Origin: a virus | Lineage: Duplodnaviria > Heunggongvirae > Uroviricota > Caudoviricetes | Strand: one strand, 5' to 3' | Virus record (IMG/VR): IMGVR_UViG_3300038393_003162 | Span: 212,407 to 253,022 of that record | Length of the DNA: 40,616 nucleotides | Shown: positions 1-7,077 of the stretch, in pieces | Numbering within the stretch: position 1 is the first letter of the stretch | How the letters are laid out: the number at the start of each line of letters is the position of its first letter | Translations under genes and position numbers: made by a program | Notes under the pieces: model-generated | What the model saw: the letters and a program-made list of their open reading frames with translations, nothing else | Told to the model about the DNA's origin: nothing | Database searches by the model: none

Positions 1-2
1 CG

Positions 3-209
3 TCAGCCTTCGTCACTTCCGTGTCCATTGTTCAGAACTCCCATCGCCTTCTTCTTGGAATAACTCCAACCTAAGAGGTCTTGTTTCCACTCGGGCCAGG
101 TCTTCACTTCTTCCCGACAATGTTTCAAGAACGCCGTGAATCTCTCTTCTTTGTCCTCGATCAGCCAGTAAGGCGTCTCAGGCTTGACTTCCGATTCATT
201 AGACATCAT
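3..209 (-). CDS. hypothetical protein (~67 aa)
   Basis: Open frame ending in TGA at 3-5; no recognisable motif. The start is uncertain because a -10 box overlaps the ATGs. Confidence 0.55.
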   Translation of the reverse strand: MMSNESEVKPETPYWLIEDKEERFTAFLKHCREEVKTWPEWKQDLLGWSYSKKKAMGVLNNGHGSDEG

Positions 210-236
210 TATACACCAATTTAATTACTTAGGCAA
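208..236 (-). promoter_or_regulatory. sigma70-type promoter
   Basis: Minus strand TTGCCT-N17-TATAAT. Confidence 0.5.
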
Positions 237-611
237 GGTCAATCCATGTGGTTGAAATTTGCCTTGTTTTTTAGTGACAAAAACAAAGGTCGCTTCGGCG
301 ATGAAGTCTTGTCCCGGTGTCGCTCTACGTTCCCGATAGGACTTGACGTTGACTTTAACTGCCTTGTTCCTGAGTTCGACCACTTGAGCCTTCATGAATA
401 CCAAGTCGCCGCATTCTGCTGCCGCGTGGAACGTGCCTTCGTACTTGTGGGTGACTGCCGAGTCACACTCCGAGTCATGGAGCAACCGGCTGACACATTG
501 GGCAGCACAGAGGTCTAGTTCACTGAAGAATTGACCGCCGAAGATCATCGGATAATGGTAATTACAATGCGCTGGCATGACCACGAAGGTCGTTTCGAAT
601 GTAAGGTTCAT
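225..611 (-). CDS. acyl-CoA thioesterase (hotdog fold, YciA-like)
   Basis: F-V-V-M-P-x-H-C-N...IFGG-x-F-F-S-E-L-D, GDLV, A-x-F-V-F-V motifs. Start trimmed to ATG 611 because the longer ORF runs into a structured RNA. Confidence 0.8.
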   Translation of the reverse strand: MNLTFETTFVVMPAHCNYHYPMIFGGQFFSELDLCAAQCVSRLLHDSECDSAVTHKYEGTFHAAAECGDLVFMKAQVVELRNKAVKVNVKSYRERRATPGQDFIAEATFVFVTKKQGKFQPHGLTLPK

Positions 612-636
612 TACTGTTGCTTTCTTAGTGTTGGTC

Positions 637-791
637 GCAGGCATTGAGTTGCTTGCTCCGCTGGCTTCAGGCGGAACGTTCAAATCGCCAAAATATAATA
701 ATTCCACCAGGTTCGCTCACAACCCAGAAAGGCTGATGAGACCTTTCTGACAAGCTGATGTTGGGCATCACCCCAACGGCTTGCCGCCTGC
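637..791 (-). ncRNA. candidate structured RNA downstream of tRNA-Val
   Basis: Terminal stem GCAGGC/GCCTGC encloses hairpins GTTGGG/CCCAAC, CAGAAAGG/CCTTTCTG and TTCCGC/GCGGAG. Confidence 0.4.
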
Positions 792-793
792 AG

Positions 794-867
794 TCGTCGC
801 TAGTGGATTTGAACCACTGACCTTTTCCATGTCAAGGAAACGCTCTACCGGGCTGAGCCAAGCGACG
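794..867 (-). tRNA. trnV: tRNA-Val(GAC)
   Basis: Acceptor CGTCGCT/AGCGACG, anticodon arm TTTCC-TTGACAT-GGAAA, T arm AGTGG-TTCAAAT-CCACT, A73; no CCA. Confidence 0.93.
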
Positions 868-873
868 ATATGT

Positions 874-1164
874 TTACCAGAAAGGTTTGATACTGATAAC
901 TTCATTTGTATCAAAATTTGTCATTACAGCGAATGGCGTCGAACAAGTGGAGGACATGATTACTGCTTGAACTCCGGGTCTTTTGCGCATCGCATTCGCA
1001 AGTTCGGCTTGATCCTCTGAGAGGATGCCATCAATTGACTGTACCTCGGGACGATCAGGAGCCTTAAACTTGGTCGTATCAATTTTGCATTCGGGAAATA
1101 TTTTAGACAGATAGGCTTTCAAGCCTTCGATCTTTGCTGGAGAAATTTCATTAACTTTTAACAT
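874..1164 (-). CDS. hypothetical protein (96 aa)
   Basis: ATG at 1164, 2 nt after the tRNA-Asp discriminator. The ORF-track start lies inside the tRNA. Confidence 0.65.
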   Translation of the reverse strand: MLKVNEISPAKIEGLKAYLSKIFPECKIDTTKFKAPDRPEVQSIDGILSEDQAELANAMRKRPGVQAVIMSSTCSTPFAVMTNFDTNEVISIKPFW

Positions 1165-1166
1165 AG

Positions 1167-1242
1167 CGGAACCGACGAGACTCGAACTCGCAAACCTCTC
1201 CCGTGACAGGGGAGCGCTCTGGACCAATTGAGCTACGGCTCC
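1167..1242 (-). tRNA. trnD: tRNA-Asp(GTC)
   Basis: GGAGCCG/CGGTTCC acceptor, CTCCC-CTGTCAC-GGGAG anticodon arm, TTCGAGT T loop, G73. Confidence 0.95.
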
Positions 1243-1248
1243 AAAATC

Positions 1249-1500
1249 TTACTCAAAACGAATCACATCACCGGGGACCACATCGCCCTTCTGGACACCA
1301 CGCAGGTAAATCCCAAGGCTTGGGCTTACCGTGGTCATGTGGTCGAATCTTTCGACGCCACTGATCATCGCGGTCAAGACCGTTCCATCTTCCTTGACCA
1401 CCTCCACATCTGCTCCAACCACAACTACATGTTTCGATTGTCGGCAGACTGCGACCAAGTCTCGTCCACGGATATGGAAAACTTCTTTTATTTCAATCAT
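1249..1500 (-). CDS. stand-alone EF-Tu domain II-like beta-barrel protein (83 aa)
   Basis: IKEVFHIRGR..., G-x-x-V-E-V, ISGVERF, LGIYLRGVQKGDVVPGDVI align with EF-Tu D2 (IEDVFSISGR...TGVEMFR...VGVLLRGIKREEIERGQVL). GAAGGA precedes ATG 1500. Confidence 0.75.
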   Translation of the reverse strand: MIEIKEVFHIRGRDLVAVCRQSKHVVVVGADVEVVKEDGTVLTAMISGVERFDHMTTVSPSLGIYLRGVQKGDVVPGDVIRFE

Positions 1501-1501
1501 A

Positions 1502-1780
1502 TTATCCTTCAATGAAAAGTTGGTCTCCGAGGTCGACATCTTCCTTGGTGATGTTGTCCGCAAGAAGTATGCCTATGGTGGCATCTTTAGGCGGAAACCA
1601 GCAGTTTGTCGACCTGAACATCTCGCAATCAATAAGCGTGGTGGTGAGTATGTCTCCATTGACTTTATGGATGGTTACCACACTACCTTGTGGTAAATTC
1701 TCACCCAAGGACTTGCCAGTGACCACAGTTCCCTTGGTCCTGATGTAGAACCTGTCTTCGATGGTTAAGATATGCTTCAT
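1502..1780 (-). CDS. stand-alone EF-Tu domain II-like beta-barrel protein (92 aa)
   Basis: LTIEDRFYIRTKGTVVTG, CEMFR, IGILLADNITKEDVDLGDQL closely match EF-Tu D2 motifs. Confidence 0.82.
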   Translation of the reverse strand: MKHILTIEDRFYIRTKGTVVTGKSLGENLPQGSVVTIHKVNGDILTTTLIDCEMFRSTNCWFPPKDATIGILLADNITKEDVDLGDQLFIEG

Positions 1781-1825
1781 GTACTATCTAATATAAACAA
1801 ATACTTATGAGTGGAGCGCCGGGGC

Positions 1826-2374
1826 TCAAACATAGTTAATACATTTTTCCATTTTCCACATAGCACTGAGCTTTAACGGCATTGTCTTTGGATCAAAATC
1901 TAGAATTTCATCATCCATGGCGGGAACAGGAACAGGATCAAGTCTCAAAGCTTCGCGAAGCTCATTCCGAGAAACCTTGCCCAATTCCCATTTTAGGATA
2001 TTCTCCTTGCATCTTTCGTTTCTAGACTTTACGACCTGATAATACTCATCGATGCTCTCTCCTTCAAAAAACCTGTCGATCACCTTGATGTACAGGACAT
2101 CGCCGATTATCTTCATTTCAGCCGAACTATACATATCTGTTTCAAGCATCATGCAATTACAGTGCATAAACTCTTCAGTATCAGTCCTTTTATTGAAAGA
2201 CATCCATGCTTGAATATATGAATCCCAAGAAGGACCTTTAGAAAGAACTTTGCCTACGATATTGCGAGTAACACCTCTGCCTCTGTAGTTCTTAACAGCC
2301 GTGTCCGATTCGACATCAATTACAGCGAACTCTTGCTCAAATGGAAATTCAACTAATTTAGTAATAATTTTCAT
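1826..2374 (-). CDS. hypothetical protein (182 aa), AT-rich
   Basis: Long ORF, co-oriented, no recognised motif. Confidence 0.7.
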   Translation of the reverse strand: MKIITKLVEFPFEQEFAVIDVESDTAVKNYRGRGVTRNIVGKVLSKGPSWDSYIQAWMSFNKRTDTEEFMHCNCMMLETDMYSSAEMKIIGDVLYIKVIDRFFEGESIDEYYQVVKSRNERCKENILKWELGKVSRNELREALRLDPVPVPAMDDEILDFDPKTMPLKLSAMWKMEKCINYV

Positions 2375-2389
2375 ACTGAAAAACCTTGA

Positions 2390-3178
2390 TTAACCTTCAT
2401 TGCCCTGTTTGGATTTATCCCATTCTGTTATTCTGACATATAGCTCATCAATTGTGATACTACAATACCTATTTTTCTTTTGATTCTCTGTGTGCCGTAA
2501 CAGTACGCAATTGGCAGGATGGGAGATCAACTCAGCCGGTATACCGTTGTCCCAGCCATACCTAATTGAGACACAATGATCTCTAGAGATTCCAGACAGA
2601 TTGTTTCCTCGGTTGAATGCCTTGTACCAACCATGTTCTTCAATAAGACCTAAGTCAAATTTATCAGGATAATTATAAATGTTGAATTTAAATTTACAAT
2701 CCGCTCTATATCGCTTATATCCTTCCGATGACCGACGAGATTGAGCCGAACATTTCTTGGAACAAAATTGTCGAGATTCTTTCTTGTCCTTAAAAAGAAT
2801 GCCACAATATAAACAAGTTTTTTCTATCCTCTGCTTCCTTAGTCCATTGCGGTCAAAAGCTTCGTTGATTTTTTGCTTGGTCGCCTCAGAATGTCGTCTT
2901 GTATTAGCACAAGCTCGACTACAATAATACGCTTCCTTCGTTGGGAAATTCTTTTCTCTCTCTTGAATTTCAAATTCTTTACCACATTTATAGCAATTCA
3001 CCTTGAAGGATTTAACCGGTCCCTTTTCTCGATCGAACCAATCTCTTGTAGCCTCTGCAAGTCTTTGTGTCTGATTCCTGGTTGGATTAAACTCGCACCA
3101 TCTAACATGGTTAGAAAAAACTCTTCCAGGCATGTCGGGGAATGTTTGGTCGCAGTATTTACATTTTCTAGTTTCCAT
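2390..3178 (-). CDS. HNH endonuclease with N-terminal Zn-finger repeats
   Basis: Several CxxC and YCSxxC motifs; C-terminal ISRDH...HPANC...ENQKK HNH-type core. Confidence 0.8.
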   Translation of the reverse strand: METRKCKYCDQTFPDMPGRVFSNHVRWCEFNPTRNQTQRLAEATRDWFDREKGPVKSFKVNCYKCGKEFEIQEREKNFPTKEAYYCSRACANTRRHSEATKQKINEAFDRNGLRKQRIEKTCLYCGILFKDKKESRQFCSKKCSAQSRRSSEGYKRYRADCKFKFNIYNYPDKFDLGLIEEHGWYKAFNRGNNLSGISRDHCVSIRYGWDNGIPAELISHPANCVLLRHTENQKKNRYCSITIDELYVRITEWDKSKQGNEG

Positions 3179-3225
3179 ACCCTAATAGAGTATGGAGTTG
3201 GTAAAAATCGAACCATAATTTTCAC

Positions 3226-3298
3226 TGGAGCTAGAGGGAGTCGAACCCTAACATTTGCGCCTTGCAAGAGCGCCGTCTTTCCATTAGACCATAGCCCC
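3226..3298 (-). tRNA. trnA: tRNA-Ala(TGC)
   Basis: GGGGCTA/TAGCTCC acceptor with G3:U70, GCGCT-CTTGCAA-GGCGC anticodon arm, TTCGACT T loop. Confidence 0.93.
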
Positions 3299-3310
3299 CA
3301 TTTAGACCAA

Positions 3311-3403
3311 TCAGTGGAACCTGGTGAGGATCAAAGCCAGAAGCCCATAACCTACGACCAACAATGCCCCAGCCAGCAAAATCCCTAATTGGTCATTTTT
3401 CAT
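3311..3403 (-). CDS. small membrane protein (30 aa, MKNDQLGILLAGALLVVGYGLLALILTRFH)
   Basis: Read manually; single hydrophobic helix filling the gap between the lipoprotein gene and tRNA-Ala. Confidence 0.55.
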   Translation of the reverse strand: MKNDQLGILLAGALLVVGYGLLALILTRFH

Positions 3404-3408
3404 TGTTT

Positions 3409-3627
3409 TCATTTTCCCGGCAACTTGGATTCTAGAGCGTCAATCTTCTTCTCGACTTGTTCAAACCGCCACTGCAGGTGGCGATAGTCGTCGTCATGAC
3501 CGCCCAGATGATAGTTATACTTGTAGGAGTCGGTGATCGGCACAACCCTGCCGTCCACTTCCACAGTTCTCTCGTGACCACAACCGACCAACCCCAGCAG
3601 CCCGCAAACGACCAGAAGCTTTTTCAT
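3409..3627 (-). CDS. putative lipoprotein (72 aa)
   Basis: MKK + hydrophobic stretch + lipobox LVG-C; C-terminal coiled-coil-like segment. Confidence 0.65.
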   Translation of the reverse strand: MKKLLVVCGLLGLVGCGHERTVEVDGRVVPITDSYKYNYHLGGHDDDYRHLQWRFEQVEKKIDALESKLPGK

Positions 3628-3692
3628 CAGTCGTAAACTCCGTAATAGAACCCTTGGAAGATACAATTGTGTTCTTCGCTCAATCTAAAAGA

Positions 3693-3947
3693 TTAAAAGC
3701 CGATGCAACGTATTGCTTTGTGACACTCATCTAAAATCTTTTCTTCACAAGCCTCAAGTTCAGCACGCGACCAGAAAAGTTGGCGACCAATCTTATGAGT
3801 TGGAAGTAATCCTCTCCTACGCCGGTCCGCCAAACCCGCAGAGCAACAACCGATAAATCGCATAGCTTTTTTGCGATCATAAACTAATTCAGTATCTGCA
3901 ACATTACGTGAACACACAGGTACTTCGCTCATGTTTAAACCCAGCAT
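3693..3947 (-). CDS. small helix-turn-helix DNA-binding protein (excisionase/HTH_17-like)
   Basis: YDRKKAMRFIG...L...RRRGLLPTHKIGRQLFWSRAEL pattern. Confidence 0.65.
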   Translation of the reverse strand: MLGLNMSEVPVCSRNVADTELVYDRKKAMRFIGCCSAGLADRRRRGLLPTHKIGRQLFWSRAELEACEEKILDECHKAIRCIGF

Positions 3948-3959
3948 ACTAGTGAATTT

Positions 3960-4130
3960 TCACTTATTAAGCAACATCTTCTCAACACGTCGGACATTAT
4001 CGTCGAACGAGGGGTTTTCCGCCCTGACCCTGTCGATCAGGGGTTTGAACACCATATCGTATTCCTTGCGGTAACTTTCCCCGAGAGTTTCGAGTCCATA
4101 CCGCTGTTCTAACTTATCCTTAGGCATCAT
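3960..4130 (-). CDS. hypothetical protein (56 aa)
   Basis: Read manually: CAGGAG SD, ATG 4130, TGA 3960; below the ORF-track cutoff. Confidence 0.6.
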   Translation of the reverse strand: MMPKDKLEQRYGLETLGESYRKEYDMVFKPLIDRVRAENPSFDDNVRRVEKMLLNK

Positions 4131-4162
4131 CGGTCTCCTGAGTTAGAGACAAAGTTTTCAAG

Positions 4163-4239
4163 GGTGTCGGACGGAATTCGAATCCGCGATCTCCTGCCTC
4201 ACAAGCAGGCGCTTTAAGCCAGACTAAGCTACCGACACC
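4163..4239 (-). tRNA. trnH: tRNA-His(GTG) with encoded G-1:C73
   Basis: G-1 + GTGTCGG/CCGACAC + C73, CCTGC-TTGTGAG-GCAGG anticodon arm, TTCGAAT T loop. Confidence 0.93.
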
Positions 4240-4245
4240 GTCTAG

Positions 4246-4265
4246 ATAGCCCCCGGAGGGGCTAT
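4246..4265. other. strong hairpin between the amidotransferase gene and tRNA-His (processing or termination signal)
   Basis: ATAGCCCC-CGGA-GGGGCTAT; no clear U tract. Confidence 0.4.
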
Positions 4266-4273
4266 GATTTGAT

Positions 4274-4978
4274 TTACGCGACCTTGCCAAACATGGTCGG
4301 TAGGTCGCTACCCTTGACATCACGCCGACAGTAGAGGAAGTCGTTGATCAGGTCTTGGTAATACTCCCAGCCCTCGTCGGTCTCCCTGTGGAGTTCGGGA
4401 TGATACTGGACGCCGAGACCATTGACCGAAGGGAAGTGGACCGCCTCGATCTCCTTCTCGACCTCGATCTCGTCGTTATCGTCGCCGAGATAGTACGTGG
4501 ACCGTTGCGGAGTTGCCCATGCCAGGACTTCCGCATCCTCGGGCGGCAGCATCATCTGGTGGTGATACGAATTCACGACCAGATATTGACCGTCATGGGT
4601 CTCGATCGTGTGATCCTTGCCCTCGTGATTCGTGAGGTGCTGGCAGAGAGTTCCGCCCGCCATCACGCACATCAGTTGAGCACCCCGACAGATCCCGAAG
4701 ATGGGGATTTTGTTCCGCTGGCAAGCCCTGAAAACATCGATCTCGTAATCATCTCGCCACACGCTGGTGTGGGTGAAATGCGACGGTCGCTGCTTGTAAT
4801 GCTTGGGATGGACATCGGCACCACCCGTGAAAACGGCACAGACGACCTGCTCGGGGGCGTAGTCCAGAATCTTCGGACTGGCGATGTACTCTCCGAGATG
4901 ACGAAACGGGTCGTAATACCCATTCCATTCCATCCTGTCGTTGACGATTAGGACCCGTCGCTTCTCCTGCTTCGCCAT
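4274..4978 (-). CDS. class I glutamine amidotransferase, gamma-glutamyl-GABA hydrolase (peptidase C26/PuuD-like) family
   Basis: FTGGADVHP, PIFGICRGAQ (nucleophile Cys), VNSYHHQ, GVQYHPE (His-x-Glu); GGAG SD before ATG 4978. Confidence 0.88.
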   Translation of the reverse strand: MAKQEKRRVLIVNDRMEWNGYYDPFRHLGEYIASPKILDYAPEQVVCAVFTGGADVHPKHYKQRPSHFTHTSVWRDDYEIDVFRACQRNKIPIFGICRGAQLMCVMAGGTLCQHLTNHEGKDHTIETHDGQYLVVNSYHHQMMLPPEDAEVLAWATPQRSTYYLGDDNDEIEVEKEIEAVHFPSVNGLGVQYHPELHRETDEGWEYYQDLINDFLYCRRDVKGSDLPTMFGKVA

Positions 4979-5111
4979 TGGTTTCTCTCCTCCGTGAGAA
5001 ATTTGCAGTGACCTGGCTGGTTGTTTTGCGATTTGGGGCAACCTATTACTACCGCCTGAACACCCACTAACACGGCAGTTGCACCAGGTCCATTACGCTT
5101 CAGATAGGTCT

Positions 5112-5139
5112 ATCATACCAGATTTGACATTTATTTCAA
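5112..5139 (-). promoter_or_regulatory. sigma70-type promoter (extended -10)
   Basis: TTGAAA-N16-TATGAT with TG upstream of the -10. Confidence 0.5.
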
Positions 5140-5141
5140 GG

Positions 5142-5345
5142 TCAAAACATCAACGGCATGATGATGTCGAAGTCATTGCTGCTCTCGACTTTTTCGATTG
5201 GGGTATATTTGTATCGGATTTCGACCTTTTGCTGCGGTGCGAAGATGGTGACGAGGGCGAACATCAGGACAACGAATGCCATGAGGAACATGCAACCCAC
5301 AAGAGCATAATCCTCAAACATCGTTGAGTCTCGATCGGTTCTCAT
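5142..5345 (-). CDS. small single-pass membrane protein
   Basis: Hydrophobic ALVGCMFLMAFVVLMFALVTIF; GGAG SD. Confidence 0.6.
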   Translation of the reverse strand: MRTDRDSTMFEDYALVGCMFLMAFVVLMFALVTIFAPQQKVEIRYKYTPIEKVESSNDFDIIMPLMF

Positions 5346-5419
5346 CTTGGAACTCCGGGTTTTTAGACACTGAAAGTGGTTATCTGTGTCGGCTTACAAC
5401 GCCTATCATGATATAGTCT

Positions 5420-5447
5420 ATCATATCATCTTCAAGAAAAAGGTCAA
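5420..5447 (-). promoter_or_regulatory. sigma70-type promoter (extended -10)
   Basis: TTGACC-N16-TATGAT; shares TATGATAGAC with the 5112 promoter. Confidence 0.5.
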
Positions 5448-5529
5448 GAGCAGAATTCAGGAAGGTCGAAATTTGTATAAATGTTCCATTTATACCTGTC
5501 AAGAGTCCCTTTATTCAAGATTAAGTCTT

Positions 5530-6096
5530 ATGTTAAAAACATTTAAAGAATGGTTGTTCCAAGAGTCCCTGAACATTGTGCCAGCGTCTAAAACCATGGC
5601 TGCGAGGACGGTATGGAAACGTGGTCGTCCCAATGGTCTGTCCGAACCCGCCCACGGATGTATCTGGGGAACCACCGATGAAGACACCGCCGATTGGTAT
5701 GGCGACTATGAAGGTGGCTACACCGATCATTTCACGATTGACCCCAACAGTCGGGTCCTTGTCGCGGACAATAAGATCGAATTGATGGCTGCCATCTGGA
5801 ACTGGTCCGAGGACCAGAAAGACGATCTTTACGGGGCTGACGACGACTACGGCTATGTCAACCAAGCCTTGGGGCATCTAGGGATGCCCGCTGGCACCAG
5901 ACCAGCGGACCAATTCCAAAACACGATCAATCTCGATACCAAGATCGGGGAAACGCTTCGGTCGCACGGGATTGACGCGGCGATCATGCATGAACCGTAC
6001 AGCGACGAAGGTCCCGAGATCGTTGTAGCCAATCCAAAAGTCGCTAAATTCATTGACCGAACTGGATACAAGCCCAAGCCGGGACACAATGGCTGA
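5530..6096 (+). CDS. putative ADP-ribosyltransferase-fold protein with T4 internal-protein-like N-terminus (188 aa)
   Basis: N-terminus MLKTFKEWLFQE; ART-like pattern TVWKRG...IWGTT.E..A..Y...GIDAA...PEIVVANP. Confidence 0.45.
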   Translation: MLKTFKEWLFQESLNIVPASKTMAARTVWKRGRPNGLSEPAHGCIWGTTDEDTADWYGDYEGGYTDHFTIDPNSRVLVADNKIELMAAIWNWSEDQKDDLYGADDDYGYVNQALGHLGMPAGTRPADQFQNTINLDTKIGETLRSHGIDAAIMHEPYSDEGPEIVVANPKVAKFIDRTGYKPKPGHNG

Positions 6097-6345
6097 TCAG
6101 ATGTCCGACGCCCTTCGTTGTCTGGTGTAGGCATGGCTCTGATGGACGACGTACTTCTCGGGGAGTGCCGGGTTGTAGACATCGACGACGGTCCAGCCTT
6201 CGGTCCACTTTCCGTTGTCTTCCTCGACCTTAACGACTCTGCCGAGGGTGGTGTACTTCTCAGGTCCCCAGAGAGTTCGATTGATCGTTGCGTTACCTTC
6301 CTGTTTCTGGAGATTACATTGCCTGTACATCGTCTCTTTAGCCAT
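6097..6345 (-). CDS. hypothetical protein (82 aa)
   Basis: AGGAA SD; convergent with the + strand gene. Confidence 0.7.
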   Translation of the reverse strand: MAKETMYRQCNLQKQEGNATINRTLWGPEKYTTLGRVVKVEEDNGKWTEGWTVVDVYNPALPEKYVVHQSHAYTRQRRASDI

Positions 6346-6366
6346 GACTATTCCTTTCTTAAAGAG

Positions 6367-6438
6367 TACCCCCGGTAGGACTCGAACCTACATAAGCCAA
6401 GTTCGAAGCTTGGTGCCATTCCATTTGACGACGAGGGC
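6367..6438 (-). tRNA. trnR: tRNA-Arg(TCG)
   Basis: GCCCTCG/CGGGGGT acceptor, CCAAG-CTTCGAA-CTTGG anticodon arm, GTAGG-TTCGAGT-CCTAC T arm. Confidence 0.9.
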
Positions 6439-6449
6439 ATAATAGATAA

Positions 6450-7046
6450 CTAATCAGTGTTTTTAGTACGATCCAAGCACTTTTGTGACATATGAATTGC
6501 CATCATCATCAAAGCGATTCCATATATTGGAAATGGAATAAACCATGGAGAATAAGCAATTATGAAATTCGCAAACCATGCCATGATAAGGCACACAAGA
6601 AAGCCGCCAAATACAATCCCTTTACAAATGCGATATTGTTTTTGTAAATCGAAATATTTATCCATTACAATATCTGTTCCCATTGTTCTTACATAGAGGT
6701 CGAAATACACTTTGCGTGAAATACGAAACGCCGAATAGACATCATCTTTTTCTATGAAAAGAACATTCTCTGTATACCAAGCAATAAAATTTTTAAATGT
6801 ATTTTTGACTATTTTTCTTTTTAATCTTGATCCCTGCCAGTTAAAAATATTTGTATTATCTATTATATTTGCATCTCTAAGATCAGAGATTAGATTATTA
6901 ACAACATCATCTAATCTGTCAAGTGTTCCTTCGACTCGTTCTAAACACCATGAAAAATAAAAACAAAACCCAACAGCTAAAAGAATGAAAAAATTCCGAA
7001 ATGCATCTTGATCAATCAAAAAATCAATCACGTCCGCATGCTCCAT
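6450..7046 (-). CDS. AT-rich membrane protein (one N-terminal and two C-terminal hydrophobic helices)
   Basis: 198-aa ORF between tRNA-Asn and tRNA-Arg. Confidence 0.65.
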   Translation of the reverse strand: MEHADVIDFLIDQDAFRNFFILLAVGFCFYFSWCLERVEGTLDRLDDVVNNLISDLRDANIIDNTNIFNWQGSRLKRKIVKNTFKNFIAWYTENVLFIEKDDVYSAFRISRKVYFDLYVRTMGTDIVMDKYFDLQKQYRICKGIVFGGFLVCLIMAWFANFIIAYSPWFIPFPIYGIALMMMAIHMSQKCLDRTKNTD

Positions 7047-7077
7047 ACGGTGCCTTGGTTAAGACCAATAACTCAAG

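Noticed and set aside
725-749. Hammerhead-like CTGATGA on the + strand
   Set aside because: It forms the loop of a closed 8-bp hairpin; no stem II or GAAA follows.
4120-4323. ORF-track ORFs overlapping tRNAs (also 2998-3267, 7008-7340, 10226-10465)
   Set aside because: They span tRNA genes or structured RNAs and lack RBS or motif support.
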